Shown one piece after another: positions 1 through 9,781 of a DNA stretch of 64,000 nucleotides; the stretch's first letter is position 1; every line of letters starts with the position of its first letter. The position numbers and the translations under genes are program-made. The stretch is from an uncultured Acidobacteriota bacterium (lineage in GTDB: Bacteria; Acidobacteriota; Vicinamibacteria; Fen-336): positions 928,001-992,000 of the forward strand of contig OY970399.1 in assembly GCA_963720545.1 (NCBI GenBank). The letters run 5' to 3'. The notes beneath the pieces are model-generated. The model was not told the DNA's origin. It saw only the letters and a list, made by a program, of their open reading frames with translations, and ran no database searches.

Positions 1-1398
1 ACGCTCACCTACGGCATCCGCCTCGACAAGCCGATCTTCCCGGACAAGCCGACCGCCAACCCGCTGCCCGAGCAGCTGTTCGGCTTCGCCACCAACGTGG
101 TGCCGAGCCCGACGATGATCGCGCCGCGCCTCGGCTTCAACTGGAACCCCGGCGGCGCCGGCCGCCAGCAGGTGCGCGGCGGGCTCGGCATCTTCTCCGG
201 CCGTACTCCCTACGTATGGCTCTCGAACCAGTACGGCAACACCGGCATCGAGTTCCAGCGCATCGGCGCGAGCTTCAGCACCACCAACCAGATTCCGTTC
301 GTCGCCGACCCCAACGGCCAGCCCTCGACCGTCACCGGCGCCACGGGCACGGCGTTCCAGAACGAGATCGACGTGGTGGACCCGGACTACAAGTTCCCCA
401 AGGTTCTGCGCACCAACATCGCCTACGACCGCGAGCTGCCGTTCCTCGGCCTCACCGGCACCGTCGAGTTCCTCTATTCGAAGGTGCTGCAGGACATCAA
501 CTACCGCAACCTCAACCGCGTTCCCGGAACGACCACGCGGCCCGACGGCCGGCCGATCGCAACCCGCGTCTCGACGGCGCTCAGCGACGTCATCCTGCTG
601 ACGAACACCACGCAGGGCCGGCAATGGTCGGTCGTGGGCAAGGTCGAGCGGCCGTACCGCAACGGCCTGTACGCGTCGCTCTCGTACATCTACGGGCGCT
701 CCTACTCGATCAACGACGGCGGCAGCTCGCAGGCGGCTTCGAACTGGGGCAACGTCTACGTGCCGGGCGACTCGAACTCGGCGCCGCTGGCGCTTTCGAA
801 CTACAGCCCGGGCAGCCGCATCAACGCGAGCCTGGCCTACAACTTCAACCTCGGCAAGATCGGCACCACCGCGGCGCTCTACTACAACGGCCAGTCTGGC
901 CGTCCGTATTCGTTCGACTACAACGGCGACGCGAACGGCGACGGCCGCACCACCAACGACCTGATCTTCGTGCCGAGTAGCGCCGACCAGGTGATCTTCC
1001 GCAACGGCACCTTCGACCAGTTCCTGGCGTACGCGCAGAACGACCCGGCGCTCGCCACGGCGATCGGCGGGATCGTCGCGCGCAACGCCGGCCGTGCGCC
1101 GTGGACCGACCAGCTCGACCTGCGGCTCGCCTTCAAGATCCCGACGCCGGGCCGCAAGGCGACGCTCGAGCTGACCGCGGACGTCGTCAACCTGCTCAAC
1201 CTGATCGACAGCAGCAAGGGCGCGATCAACCTGGCGAGCTTCAACGACCTGAACCCGATCCGCTTCGCCACCGATCCGCTGACCGGCAAGTACGTCTACG
1301 ACCTTGCGACCATCAACGCCGCGACCTACGTGAAGTTCGACCGCGACGACCTCCACTCGCGCTGGCAGATGCAGCTGGGGGCGAGGGTCAGGTTTTAG
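1..1398 (+). CDS. TonB-dependent receptor (Oar-like), C-terminal part; 5' end outside window
   Basis: Frame is open from base 1 (TLTYGIRLDKP...). APRLGFNW motif, beta-strand-rich sequence, C-terminal QLGARVRF ending in Phe as in outer-membrane barrels. Confidence 0.9.
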   Translation, partial: TLTYGIRLDKPIFPDKPTANPLPEQLFGFATNVVPSPTMIAPRLGFNWNPGGAGRQQVRGGLGIFSGRTPYVWLSNQYGNTGIEFQRIGASFSTTNQIPFVADPNGQPSTVTGATGTAFQNEIDVVDPDYKFPKVLRTNIAYDRELPFLGLTGTVEFLYSKVLQDINYRNLNRVPGTTTRPDGRPIATRVSTALSDVILLTNTTQGRQWSVVGKVERPYRNGLYASLSYIYGRSYSINDGGSSQAASNWGNVYVPGDSNSAPLALSNYSPGSRINASLAYNFNLGKIGTTAALYYNGQSGRPYSFDYNGDANGDGRTTNDLIFVPSSADQVIFRNGTFDQFLAYAQNDPALATAIGGIVARNAGRAPWTDQLDLRLAFKIPTPGRKATLELTADVVNLLNLIDSSKGAINLASFNDLNPIRFATDPLTGKYVYDLATINAATYVKFDRDDLHSRWQMQLGARVRF

Positions 1399-1401
1399 CT
1401 C

Positions 1402-1441
1402 ATCGACGGATCGGCTGAAGTTCCCCGGCCGATCCGTCGAT
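1402..1441 (+). terminator. Stem-loop directly after the TBDR stop, probable terminator
   Basis: Perfect 14-bp inverted repeat ATCGACGGATCGGC / GCCGATCCGTCGAT; only a weak pyrimidine tail follows. Confidence 0.6.
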
Positions 1442-1662
1442 CCGTTCCTTCGGTCGTTGCGCTGTTCGCTAACGAACACCCCTGTCCCGGAACAGGGAAT
1501 TCGCCGGGCACCGGTTTGTTTCCCGGGCGAAGTCACGGACAATAAAAGGGATCTTTCGCCGGAATTGCAGCGTCTCAAGGTCCGGGAGCGCATCCATATG
1601 CGGTGGCCCGCTCCGTGCAAGTAGTCCAGCGATTTCGATCTTTCCGGAGGGGTTCCTCGAAT

Positions 1663-3381
1663 ATGAAGGGTGTAAGCGCTCTGACGGTCGCCGCGGCGGC
1701 CCTGGCTTCGTTGCTGCTCGCGGGTCCAGGCCGCGCCCAGGATCCTTCGCCAACCCCATCGCCATCGCCATCGCCGTCGCCGTCCCCTGACCAAAGTGCG
1801 CAGCCCCTGCTGCAGAACACCCCCGCGACGGCGCCCGGCACCGGCACCGTCGATGCGCCCGACCGGCCCGTCCTCGAACTTGGACTCCAGGACGTTGTCG
1901 AGCGCGCGATGAAGAACAACGCGAGTATCGCGGTGCAGGCCTACGACACACGGCTCAGCGCAGAGGCGATCCGCAGCGCCAATGGCGCCTACGACCCGTT
2001 CATCACCTCGACCGTCAGCCGTCAGTCCGACACCCGGCCGTCCACCGGTTCGCTCTCCGGCGCCGCCACCCCCGAGTCGACTCAGGTCGTCTTCAACGTC
2101 GGCGCCTCGAAGATCCTCGAGACGGGCGGCCAGCTCGACGTGAACTTCGACAACAACCGCCTCAGGACCAACAGCATCTTCACCAACCCGAACCCGCAGT
2201 TCTCGAGCAACCTGCAGGCACAGCTGACGCAACCGCTGCTGCGCAACTTCCGCATCGACGCCTATCGCCAGAACGTGCGCGTCGCGAAGAAGAACAAGGA
2301 AATCTCGGACGTGCAGTTTCACCAGCTGGTCGTCAACACCATCGCCAACGCCAAGCAGCTCTACAACAACCTCATCGGCCAGATCGACAACCTGAGCGCG
2401 CAGCGCAAGAGCCTCGACCTGGCGAAGAAGCTGCTCGGCGAAAACCAGATCAAGGTCAAGGTCGGCACCATGGCGCCGCTCGACGTGGTCGCGGCCGAAT
2501 CGGAAGTGGCGAGCCGCGAAGAAGGCGTCATTCTCGCCGAGGCCGCCGTGGGCGACGCGGAGGACGCGCTGAAGGCGGCGATCTTCGCGCAGAGCGATCC
2601 CGACTCGTGGGCGTTTCGCATCGTGCCCAAAGACCGGCCCACGGCCGATGCCATGCCCATCAACATCGCCTCGGCCCTGCAGACGGCGCTCGAGAAGCGC
2701 TCCGACATCGTGGCGGCGCGCATGAACATCGAGAACGCCGACTACGCGGTCGGTTACACCGCCAACCAGGCGAAGCCGCGCGTCGACCTGATCGCCTCTT
2801 ACGGCCTCGCCGGCCTCGGCGGCACCACCCTGCCGGTCGAGCCCGTCCCCGGCGAGGAGCCGGTACCGACCGCGGCCTTTCCGCGTGGCTTCGGCGGCGC
2901 CCTCGGCAACGTCTTCAGCTTCGACTTCCCCACCTGGAACCTCGGCGTGAACTTCGCGTTTCCGCTCGGCAACCGCACCGCCAAGGCGGCGAACGCCCGC
3001 GCCCGCATCACCAAGGACCAGGCGCTCGCCGACTTCCGCCGGCTCGAGATCTCGGTGACCAACGAGGTGCGCTCCGCCGGCCGCGCGGTCGAGACGAACT
3101 TCAAGCGCGTCGAGTCGACGCGCGCCGCGCGCGTGCTGGCCGAGCGCCGCCTCGACGCCGAGCAGAAGCGGTTCAACGCCGGTATGTCCACGAACTTCCT
3201 CGTCACCCAGGCACAGCGTGACCTGAGCCTCGCGGAAGTCGGCGAGATCCAGGCGATCAGCGACTACCGCAACAGCGTCGTGAACTTCGAGCGCGTCCAG
3301 GAAGCGGGCGGCAACGGCGTCACCTTCGTCGGCTCGTCGGTCGGCACTTCGTCCGGCACCTCGACGCCTTCGGCCCGCTAG
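1663..3381 (+). CDS. TolC-family outer membrane efflux protein
   Basis: GGAGG at 1646-1650 before ATG 1663; signal peptide, Pro/Ser linker, two OEP repeats (LTQPLLRNF; GMSTNFLVTQAQRDL). Confidence 0.88.
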   Translation: MKGVSALTVAAAALASLLLAGPGRAQDPSPTPSPSPSPSPSPDQSAQPLLQNTPATAPGTGTVDAPDRPVLELGLQDVVERAMKNNASIAVQAYDTRLSAEAIRSANGAYDPFITSTVSRQSDTRPSTGSLSGAATPESTQVVFNVGASKILETGGQLDVNFDNNRLRTNSIFTNPNPQFSSNLQAQLTQPLLRNFRIDAYRQNVRVAKKNKEISDVQFHQLVVNTIANAKQLYNNLIGQIDNLSAQRKSLDLAKKLLGENQIKVKVGTMAPLDVVAAESEVASREEGVILAEAAVGDAEDALKAAIFAQSDPDSWAFRIVPKDRPTADAMPINIASALQTALEKRSDIVAARMNIENADYAVGYTANQAKPRVDLIASYGLAGLGGTTLPVEPVPGEEPVPTAAFPRGFGGALGNVFSFDFPTWNLGVNFAFPLGNRTAKAANARARITKDQALADFRRLEISVTNEVRSAGRAVETNFKRVESTRAARVLAERRLDAEQKRFNAGMSTNFLVTQAQRDLSLAEVGEIQAISDYRNSVVNFERVQEAGGNGVTFVGSSVGTSSGTSTPSAR

Positions 3382-5711
3382 CGAACCGGCTCGAGCACCA
3401 GCCGGTTCTTCGTCTCGCGCAGAACCGCAGCGTCGCTGAACGGCAGCGGCGCATAGGTGCCGGCGAGCCAGCCCTTCAACAAGTCGTCGTAGTGCGGACT
3501 GCCGGGCTGGCCTGACTGTCCCGGCGCGCTGGTGAACACCGAGCGGTCCCAGTCGCCCAGGTCCAGGAGTTCGCGGAACGTGGCGCCGCCCACCTGCGCG
3601 TAGCCCTTGCTGGCCCGGTAGGTGCAGTTCACGGTGTCGTTGTCGCCCGGCCGAGGGTATGGACCGAGGTTGAAGAGCTTCCTGGTGGCGGCATCCCTGG
3701 CAAGAAAATGGCGGAAGGTCGCCTGATGCGCCTTGCCCCATGCCCACGACGCCGGATTGGGGCCAAGCACCTTGCTCAACTCGGCGTGGGCGGCGCGCAG
3801 CGCCTGGTCGAACAGCGACACCGTGGACGCGGCCGGCGGCGCTTTCGCCAGCTCCGCGATCATGGCCTCCGCCGACACCAGGCGCGCCAATGCCGCCGTG
3901 GGTTTCACTGCAGACGGCAGCATTGAAAGCGCATAGGTTTCCGATAGCTTGTCGAAGAAGACCGCGAACGCCGCCGCCGCAGCGCTGTCGCTGGTGAAAC
4001 GGTAGTCCCAGCCGCGCCACAGCGCGCGCAGCGCCTCGGCTTCGGCGCCCGCCACAGGCGCCGCCAGCACGGCCGGGACCAACGCGCGGGCCGGCCGCGA
4101 GAGCACGTCCTGCTGCAGCGCTTCGAGGTCGGCGAGGCTGTGCTTGCCCCGCCCGCGAAGCACCTCCTCGACACGGTCGAGACGAAAGCGCGGCGCCCAT
4201 TCGTAGCCGATCGGGTGCTTGTACGACTTGCCCATGGTGTTGTTGTTGGCAGTGGCGAAGAAGCCCTCCTCGGGATTGGTGACGCTCGGCAGTTCGCCCG
4301 GATCGAGGAAGCCTTGCCAGTCGAACTCGCCACTGTCGCCGGGCGCCGGCACCAGCCCGGATCCGGGCTTGCGAATCGGCGTCAGGCCCGTGGCCTGGTA
4401 GCCGATGTTGCCCTTGCGATCGGCCCACACGAAGTTCTCGCCGGGCATGCGCCAGCGGCGAGAGGCTTCGCGGAACGAGGCGCCGTCCTGCGCGCGGTCG
4501 AGGGCGAGGCCGGCGAGGTAGCCGGCTGTCCCCGGCTCGCCGCCCGTCCACTGCAGTGCGAAGGCGCGGTGGCCGGCGAGGTCCTCGAAGACGACCGGTC
4601 CGTGCCGTGTGTAGCGCAGCTCCACCTTCACCGCAGCCGAGCCCTTGATCCCCACTTCCTCCGAGACGACGCTCATCCGCTCCCAGCCGCCCGGTGTGCG
4701 GTAGCGCAGCGGTTCCGCCGGATCGGTAGCTTCGATGAACAGGTCCTGGGCATCGACCTGGAAGATCGTCAGGCCCCAGGCAACGTGCTCGTTGTGGCCG
4801 ATGGCGACGCCCGGGAACCACGGCACCACTGCGCCGATGACGTTCCAGCCCGGCGCCTGCAGGTGCACGAGGTAGCGCAGCGATGGATGGTCGAGTGAGC
4901 GGTGCGGGTCGTTCGCGAGCAGCGGCGCGCCGGTGGTGGTGCGCGAGCCGCTGAGTACCCAGTTGTTCGAGCCGTCATCGTCGCTCGCCACCTGCGCGGC
5001 GCCACCGATCAGCCCGAGCGCAGCGCCGAGGCCCGACGGGATGGTGCTCGGGTCGAAACCGGGCGGCACCAGCGGCGCGTCGCCGGGCTGCAGCGGCGCC
5101 AGCGCAAAGAGCGCCTCCTTGCCGAGGATGCCGAGTGCTGTGGCGCGCTCGACCTCGCGGCGCGCGTTGCCGCTCATGCCGAACGCCTCGGCGCGCGCCA
5201 GCAGGTCCTCCGCCTGCCAATGCTCGAGGGCGATGCCGGCGAGCGCGAACTCGCGCGGCTGCCTGCCGCGGAGCGAATCGACGTAGGCGTTTATGCCGCG
5301 CACGAAGCTCTCGCAGATGCGCTTTGCCTCGGGGTCGTAGCTCGCCCACTCCACCGCCATGTCGCCGCGGTAACGGGTCACCAGTCGCGTGATGCGGTCG
5401 CGCTCCACCCATTTCGGCCCGAGAAATTCCGCGAGCCGCCCCTGGGTCGAGCGGCGCCACAACTCCATCTGGAAGAGCCGGTCCTGCGCCTGCACGAAGC
5501 CCTGCGCGAAGAACATGTCGTCCGCGCCCTGCGCCTTGATGTGCGGAATGCCGCTGCGGTCGCGGCGCACCTCGACCGGCGCCAACAGCCCCTTGATGCG
5601 GATCGTGCCCGAGAGCTGCGCGAGCTCGGCGCGCGGTGCTCGTTCCCTGGCATGCGCAAGTGCCGGCGCGAGCAGCACAAGGCACGACAGGATCGTAATG
5701 GCACGGCGCAT
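3378..5711 (-). CDS. Penicillin acylase family (Ntn-hydrolase, peptidase S45)
   Basis: Signal peptide; GIPHI...AQGFVQAQDRLFQM; nucleophile motif GSNNW; LANDPH; C-terminal PGQSG...SPHYDD. Confidence 0.92.
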   Translation of the reverse strand: MRRAITILSCLVLLAPALAHARERAPRAELAQLSGTIRIKGLLAPVEVRRDRSGIPHIKAQGADDMFFAQGFVQAQDRLFQMELWRRSTQGRLAEFLGPKWVERDRITRLVTRYRGDMAVEWASYDPEAKRICESFVRGINAYVDSLRGRQPREFALAGIALEHWQAEDLLARAEAFGMSGNARREVERATALGILGKEALFALAPLQPGDAPLVPPGFDPSTIPSGLGAALGLIGGAAQVASDDDGSNNWVLSGSRTTTGAPLLANDPHRSLDHPSLRYLVHLQAPGWNVIGAVVPWFPGVAIGHNEHVAWGLTIFQVDAQDLFIEATDPAEPLRYRTPGGWERMSVVSEEVGIKGSAAVKVELRYTRHGPVVFEDLAGHRAFALQWTGGEPGTAGYLAGLALDRAQDGASFREASRRWRMPGENFVWADRKGNIGYQATGLTPIRKPGSGLVPAPGDSGEFDWQGFLDPGELPSVTNPEEGFFATANNNTMGKSYKHPIGYEWAPRFRLDRVEEVLRGRGKHSLADLEALQQDVLSRPARALVPAVLAAPVAGAEAEALRALWRGWDYRFTSDSAAAAAFAVFFDKLSETYALSMLPSAVKPTAALARLVSAEAMIAELAKAPPAASTVSLFDQALRAAHAELSKVLGPNPASWAWGKAHQATFRHFLARDAATRKLFNLGPYPRPGDNDTVNCTYRASKGYAQVGGATFRELLDLGDWDRSVFTSAPGQSGQPGSPHYDDLLKGWLAGTYAPLPFSDAAVLRETKNRLVLEPVR

Positions 5712-5763
5712 GGGGTTCTCCTCGAGAGGTGCGGTGAGCGGGATTATGTATCATGCGCGCACC

Positions 5764-6693
5764 ATGAACACGATGACCACCTGGCGGGTACGCACAGCAG
5801 GCGTAGTCCTGGCGGCCGCCGCTTTGTCGGCCGCGCCGGCCGTCGCCGCCGACGCGCAGACACCAAAGGAACAAGCCCTCTGGAGCCAACTGCGCGCGCG
5901 CATCGCCGCAGCCGCCGAAGGGCTCGACGGCGTCGCCGGCGTGTTCGTCAAGGACCTCAAGACCGGCGACGTGATCGAGCTGCGCGCCGACGACGTGTTC
6001 CCGCAGGCGTCGAGCATCAAGCTCACCGTGCTCTACGAGCTCTATCGACAGGCGGACGAGGGCAGGATCGACCTTGGCGAGGTGACCCGTCCGCCGCTGC
6101 CGCGCGCCGGCGGTGGCGGCGTCCTGCAGGAACTGGGCGGCGACGTCAGCCTGACGTGGCGCGACCTCGCTGTGATGATGATGGGCTGGTCTGACAACGA
6201 GGCCACGAATGTCCTTATCCGGCGCCTCGGCATGCCCGCGATCGGGGCTCGGCTCACGGCGCTCGGGCTCAAGGAGACGCGCCTGCGCCGCGTCATGATG
6301 GACGTGGCCGCCGCGCGCCGCGGCGACGAGAACGTCTCGACGCCCCACGAAATGGGCCGGCTTATGGAGCTGTTGCAGCAGGGTTCCGGGCTCAAGCCGG
6401 CCTCGGCGCAGGACCTGATGAAGGTGGCGTCGGTGACCAAGGATTCGCCGTTTCGCGCACCGTTCCCGGAGGACCTGCCGGTGGCCGACAAGCCGGGCAG
6501 CCTGGAGGGCGTGCGCTGCGTGACCGCATTCGTGGCGCTGCCCGGGCGGCCGTACATCGCGGCGATCATGACGACGGCTTTGCAGCGGGAGCCCGACGGC
6601 GATGCCTTCATCACCGCGACCTCGCGCATGCTCTACGAAGTCTTCGGCCGGTTTGCGAAGGCGTCTCCTTACGGCCGCCTCGTCAACGAATGA
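5764..6693 (+). CDS. Class A beta-lactamase-like serine hydrolase, secreted
   Basis: Signal peptide; motifs ASSIK (SxxK), SDN and DKPG (KTG-like). Start could be 5764 or 5773. Confidence 0.85.
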   Translation: MNTMTTWRVRTAGVVLAAAALSAAPAVAADAQTPKEQALWSQLRARIAAAAEGLDGVAGVFVKDLKTGDVIELRADDVFPQASSIKLTVLYELYRQADEGRIDLGEVTRPPLPRAGGGGVLQELGGDVSLTWRDLAVMMMGWSDNEATNVLIRRLGMPAIGARLTALGLKETRLRRVMMDVAAARRGDENVSTPHEMGRLMELLQQGSGLKPASAQDLMKVASVTKDSPFRAPFPEDLPVADKPGSLEGVRCVTAFVALPGRPYIAAIMTTALQREPDGDAFITATSRMLYEVFGRFAKASPYGRLVNE

Positions 6694-6794
6694 CAATCGG
6701 CCGCGGGCTGTTTGTAGATTCGTCGTCTCGCGGACCGGGTCGCGAAACGTATAAAGAGCGCACCCGTCGTTCCAACCACAAGAGTTAGCCGCAC

Positions 6795-6810
6795 CGGCAC
6801 GCCGCTTGCT
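6795..6810 (+). promoter_or_regulatory. Sigma-54 (-24/-12) promoter
   Basis: CGGCAC-GCCGC-TTGCT matches the TGGCAC-N5-TTGCW consensus; predicted +1 is about 6821, adjacent to ATG 6822. Confidence 0.65.
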
Positions 6811-6821
6811 GGAATGACGGC

Positions 6822-7925
6822 ATGCCCTCCCGCGCCCAAAAAGTACCCGTACGCTACGCCGTCGTCGGCCTCGGCCACATCGCCCAGGTGGCGGCCATGC
6901 CCGCATTCGCCCACGCCAGCGCCAACTCGCGCGTCGTGGCCGTCGTCAGCGGCGACGCGAAGAAGCGTCGCGCGCTGGTCAGGAAGTACCGGCTCGAAGC
7001 CGCCTACGACTACGCAGACTACGACGCCTGCCTGCGCACGGTCGATGCCGTGTACATCGGCCTGCCCAACTCGATGCACGCCGAGTTTGCAGTGCGCGCC
7101 GCGGAAGCGAAGGTGCACGTGCTGTGCGAGAAGCCGCTCGCGGTCACCGCCGGCGACTGCGACCGCATCGTCAAGGCGTGCGCCGACAACGGCGTGCGCC
7201 TGATGACCGCCTATCGCCTGCACTTCGAGGCGGTCAACATGAAGGTGGCGGAACTGGTGCGCAGGGGCCGCATCGGCGAGCCGCGCTTCTTCAACTCCTG
7301 CTTCTCGATGCGGGTCGAGAAGGACAACATCCGCGCGCAGAAGACGCTGGGCGGCGGCAGCCTCTACGACATCGGCATCTACTGCATCAACGCCGCGCGC
7401 TGGCTGTTCCGCTCCGAGCCGGTCGAGGTGGCGGCGATCTCGACCAACCCGAACGAGCGCCTCGCGGAGATCGACGCCACCACCGGCGCCCTCCTTCGTT
7501 TCGAGGACGGCCGCGTCGCCGCGTTCGTCACCAGCTTCGATGCCGCGGACACCGGCAGTTTCACCGTGGTCGGCACAAAGGGCAGCATCTCTGTCGATCC
7601 GGCGTTCGAGTATGCGGAGGCGCTCGCCTACACGCTGAAGGTCGGCGAGCGCATCAGCAGGGTCCGCGGCAAGCGGGTAGACCAGTTCGCCGCTGAACTC
7701 CTCTACTTCTCCAACTGCATCCGCAAGGGAATCGAGCCCGAGCCCTCCGGCGAGGACGGCGCCCAGGACGTGCGCATCATCGAGGCGCTCTACGAAGCCG
7801 CGGAAACCGGCAAGGTGGTGGCGATACCGCCCTATCGAAGCTCCCGGCAGCCGTCGCAGGCGCAGAAGATCTCGCGGCCGCCGGTACGCAAGCCCAGGCT
7901 CGTCAACGTGGCGCAGGACAGTTGA
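6822..7925 (+). CDS. Gfo/Idh/MocA family oxidoreductase
   Basis: VVGLGHIA Rossmann motif, [18 protein letters not shown]. Confidence 0.92.
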   Translation: MPSRAQKVPVRYAVVGLGHIAQVAAMPAFAHASANSRVVAVVSGDAKKRRALVRKYRLEAAYDYADYDACLRTVDAVYIGLPNSMHAEFAVRAAEAKVHVLCEKPLAVTAGDCDRIVKACADNGVRLMTAYRLHFEAVNMKVAELVRRGRIGEPRFFNSCFSMRVEKDNIRAQKTLGGGSLYDIGIYCINAARWLFRSEPVEVAAISTNPNERLAEIDATTGALLRFEDGRVAAFVTSFDAADTGSFTVVGTKGSISVDPAFEYAEALAYTLKVGERISRVRGKRVDQFAAELLYFSNCIRKGIEPEPSGEDGAQDVRIIEALYEAAETGKVVAIPPYRSSRQPSQAQKISRPPVRKPRLVNVAQDS

Positions 7926-9781
7926 TGCCGTTGTCTCCCGCGCGGCCATGGCCGCCCGCGGATGCGGCTGCGACGCCGCTGCCGACAGGCGCTGACATCG
8001 CAACGGAGGTCTGCATCGTCGGCGCGGGCGTCGCCGGCCTGTCGGTTGCGTGTGCCCTCGCCGAAGCGGGCATGGCGGTGGTGGTGCTCGACCGCGACGG
8101 CATCGCCGCCGGCGAAACCGGCCGCTCCACCGCGCACCTCACGGCGTTCTTCGACGGCGGGTACGCTGGCCTGGAAAAGCTGCACGGCGAGGAAAAATCG
8201 AAGCTCGCGGCCGCCAGCCAGGCCCGCGCTTTGGAGAGGATCGCTGCATGGTCGGCGGGCGCCGACACCGGCTTCGAATGGCTCGACGGTTGGCTGTTCC
8301 CGGCGCCGGGCACCGATGGCGACGAAGCGAAGTCCATGTGCGAGGAGGCGGAGGCCGCGCAGCGCGCCGGCATTCCAGCCGCTTGCGTGGACAACGCGCC
8401 TCTTCCGTTCCCGACCGGCCGGTCGGTGCGCTTCGCGCGGCAGGCACAGATCGACCCGGTCGCCTACGTCGCCGCGCTGGCGCGACGCCTGTCGGGACGC
8501 GGCGGGCGGATCTTCCACGCCGCCGCGGTCTCGTTCGAGGACGGAGAACCCTGCATCGTGCGCACCGTGAAGGGCCCGAGCGTCCTGGCGCGCGCGGTGG
8601 TGGTCGCGACCGACAGCCCGGTGAACAACCGCGTCGCCATCCATACGAAGCAGTTCTCGTATCGGACTTACGTGCTCGGGCTCGAGCTCGGCGCCGCGTT
8701 CCCCGCCGGCATCTTCTGGGACACGGAGGAGCCATACCACTACCTGCGCGTGGCGCAGCGCCGCGTCCGGCCGCCGCTGCTGATGGTCGGCGGCGAAGAT
8801 CATCGCACCGGCGCGTCGGAGCATGGCGAGCACGAGGGCGAGCAGCGCTTCGCGGCGCTCGACGACTGGGCGCGCGCCCGCGTTCCAGGCCTCGGCCAGG
8901 TCGTGAAGCGCTGGTCCGGCCAGGTGCAGGAGCCGGCCGACGGCCTCGCTTACATCGGGCGCAACCCCGGCGACAAGCACACGTACGTCGCCACGGGATT
9001 CAGCGGCAACGGCATGACCTACGGCGCTGTGGCGGCCGAGCTCATCGGCGACCTGGTGCGTGGCGTGCCCAACGAGCTCGCGGAGCTCTACGCCCCGGGC
9101 CGCATCACGCTCGGCGCCGCGCGCGCCTTCATCGGCGACGGAGTCGCCGCCGCGGGTGGCTTTGCGGCGCTCGTCACCCCCGGCGATGTCGCCGACACGG
9201 CGGAGATCGCGCGCGGCAGCGGCGCCGTGATCCGCCGCGGCCTCCACAAACTCGCGGTCTTCAGGGACCAGGACGGCCGACTGCACGAGCGTTCGGCGGT
9301 CTGTCCGCACCTCGGCTGCGTCGTCGCGTGGAACCCCGCCGAAAGCACCTGGGACTGCCCGTGCCACGGCTCGAGGTTCGACACCGACGGGGCGGTCTTG
9401 CACGGCCCCGCCGTCAGCCCGCTGGCGAAAGCCGGATTCGTCTTCCTGAGCGCCCCGTCCGTTCCCTGGCGCGAAGGATCTGTCGTCATCGGCGGATGGC
9501 TGCTGTTCCCGTCCATCCGCCGATTTCCGTTGTCAGAGGCTTGTTGCCGTTCCTTGGCGCTCAGTTCGTTGTGCCGTTTTCCTGAGCGCTCCCGTCGTTT
9601 CCTAGCGCGAAGGATCTCGGAGTCCGCGTCACTGTTCACTCGTCGCTCCGGAACCACGAGCCTCGAACGAACGAAGGTAGCGGCAAGGCATCCCGAGAGG
9701 GAAAGCACGGAAATGGGCAGATGGGTCGGCCATGCCGCCCATCTGCCCATGGCGTTAGTTCGAGGTGAAGGTCACCGCTGA
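7925..9781 (+). CDS. FAD-dependent oxidoreductase with C-terminal Rieske domain (YhfW-like); last ~115 codons are non-conserved readthrough
   Basis: [11 protein letters not shown] motif, ETGRSTAHL, Rieske CPHLGC...[11 protein letters not shown] overlaps the upstream TGA. Recognisable similarity ends near 9430. Confidence 0.85.
   Translation: MPLSPARPWPPADAAATPLPTGADIATEVCIVGAGVAGLSVACALAEAGMAVVVLDRDGIAAGETGRSTAHLTAFFDGGYAGLEKLHGEEKSKLAAASQARALERIAAWSAGADTGFEWLDGWLFPAPGTDGDEAKSMCEEAEAAQRAGIPAACVDNAPLPFPTGRSVRFARQAQIDPVAYVAALARRLSGRGGRIFHAAAVSFEDGEPCIVRTVKGPSVLARAVVVATDSPVNNRVAIHTKQFSYRTYVLGLELGAAFPAGIFWDTEEPYHYLRVAQRRVRPPLLMVGGEDHRTGASEHGEHEGEQRFAALDDWARARVPGLGQVVKRWSGQVQEPADGLAYIGRNPGDKHTYVATGFSGNGMTYGAVAAELIGDLVRGVPNELAELYAPGRITLGAARAFIGDGVAAAGGFAALVTPGDVADTAEIARGSGAVIRRGLHKLAVFRDQDGRLHERSAVCPHLGCVVAWNPAESTWDCPCHGSRFDTDGAVLHGPAVSPLAKAGFVFLSAPSVPWREGSVVIGGWLLFPSIRRFPLSEACCRSLALSSLCRFPERSRRFLARRISESASLFTRRSGTTSLERTKVAARHPERESTEMGRWVGHAAHLPMALVRGEGHR
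9440..9617. repeat. REP/BIME-like cluster: two 42-nt direct copies with an inverted partial copy and a hairpin between them
   Basis: 9440-9481 and 9576-9617 share GTYTTCCTGAGCGC...GCGCGAAGGATCT (35/42 ungapped identity by eye). Inverted TCCTTGGCGCTCAG at 9551-9564; 12-bp hairpin at 9488-9524. Confidence 0.7.
9713..9750. terminator. Strong hairpin between convergent genes, probable terminator (mainly for the minus-strand gene)
   Basis: ATGGGCAGATGGG / CCCATCTGCCCAT 13-bp stem plus an inner CGGC/GCCG pair; followed on the minus strand by TTCCGTGCTTTCC. Confidence 0.65.

Noticed and set aside
1741..1790. CCATCG/CCGTCG tandem repeats
   Set aside because: Encodes a Pro-Ser linker after the TolC signal peptide; imperfect and in frame, so not a phase-variation tract.
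5764..6693. Bona fide beta-lactam resistance gene
   Set aside because: KPG replaces KTG and no clear omega-loop Glu166 motif is visible; only family-level assignment is supportable.
9440..9617. Possible mini-CRISPR array
   Set aside because: Only two degenerate 42-nt copies, a 94-nt structured spacer, an inverted copy in between, and no cas genes.
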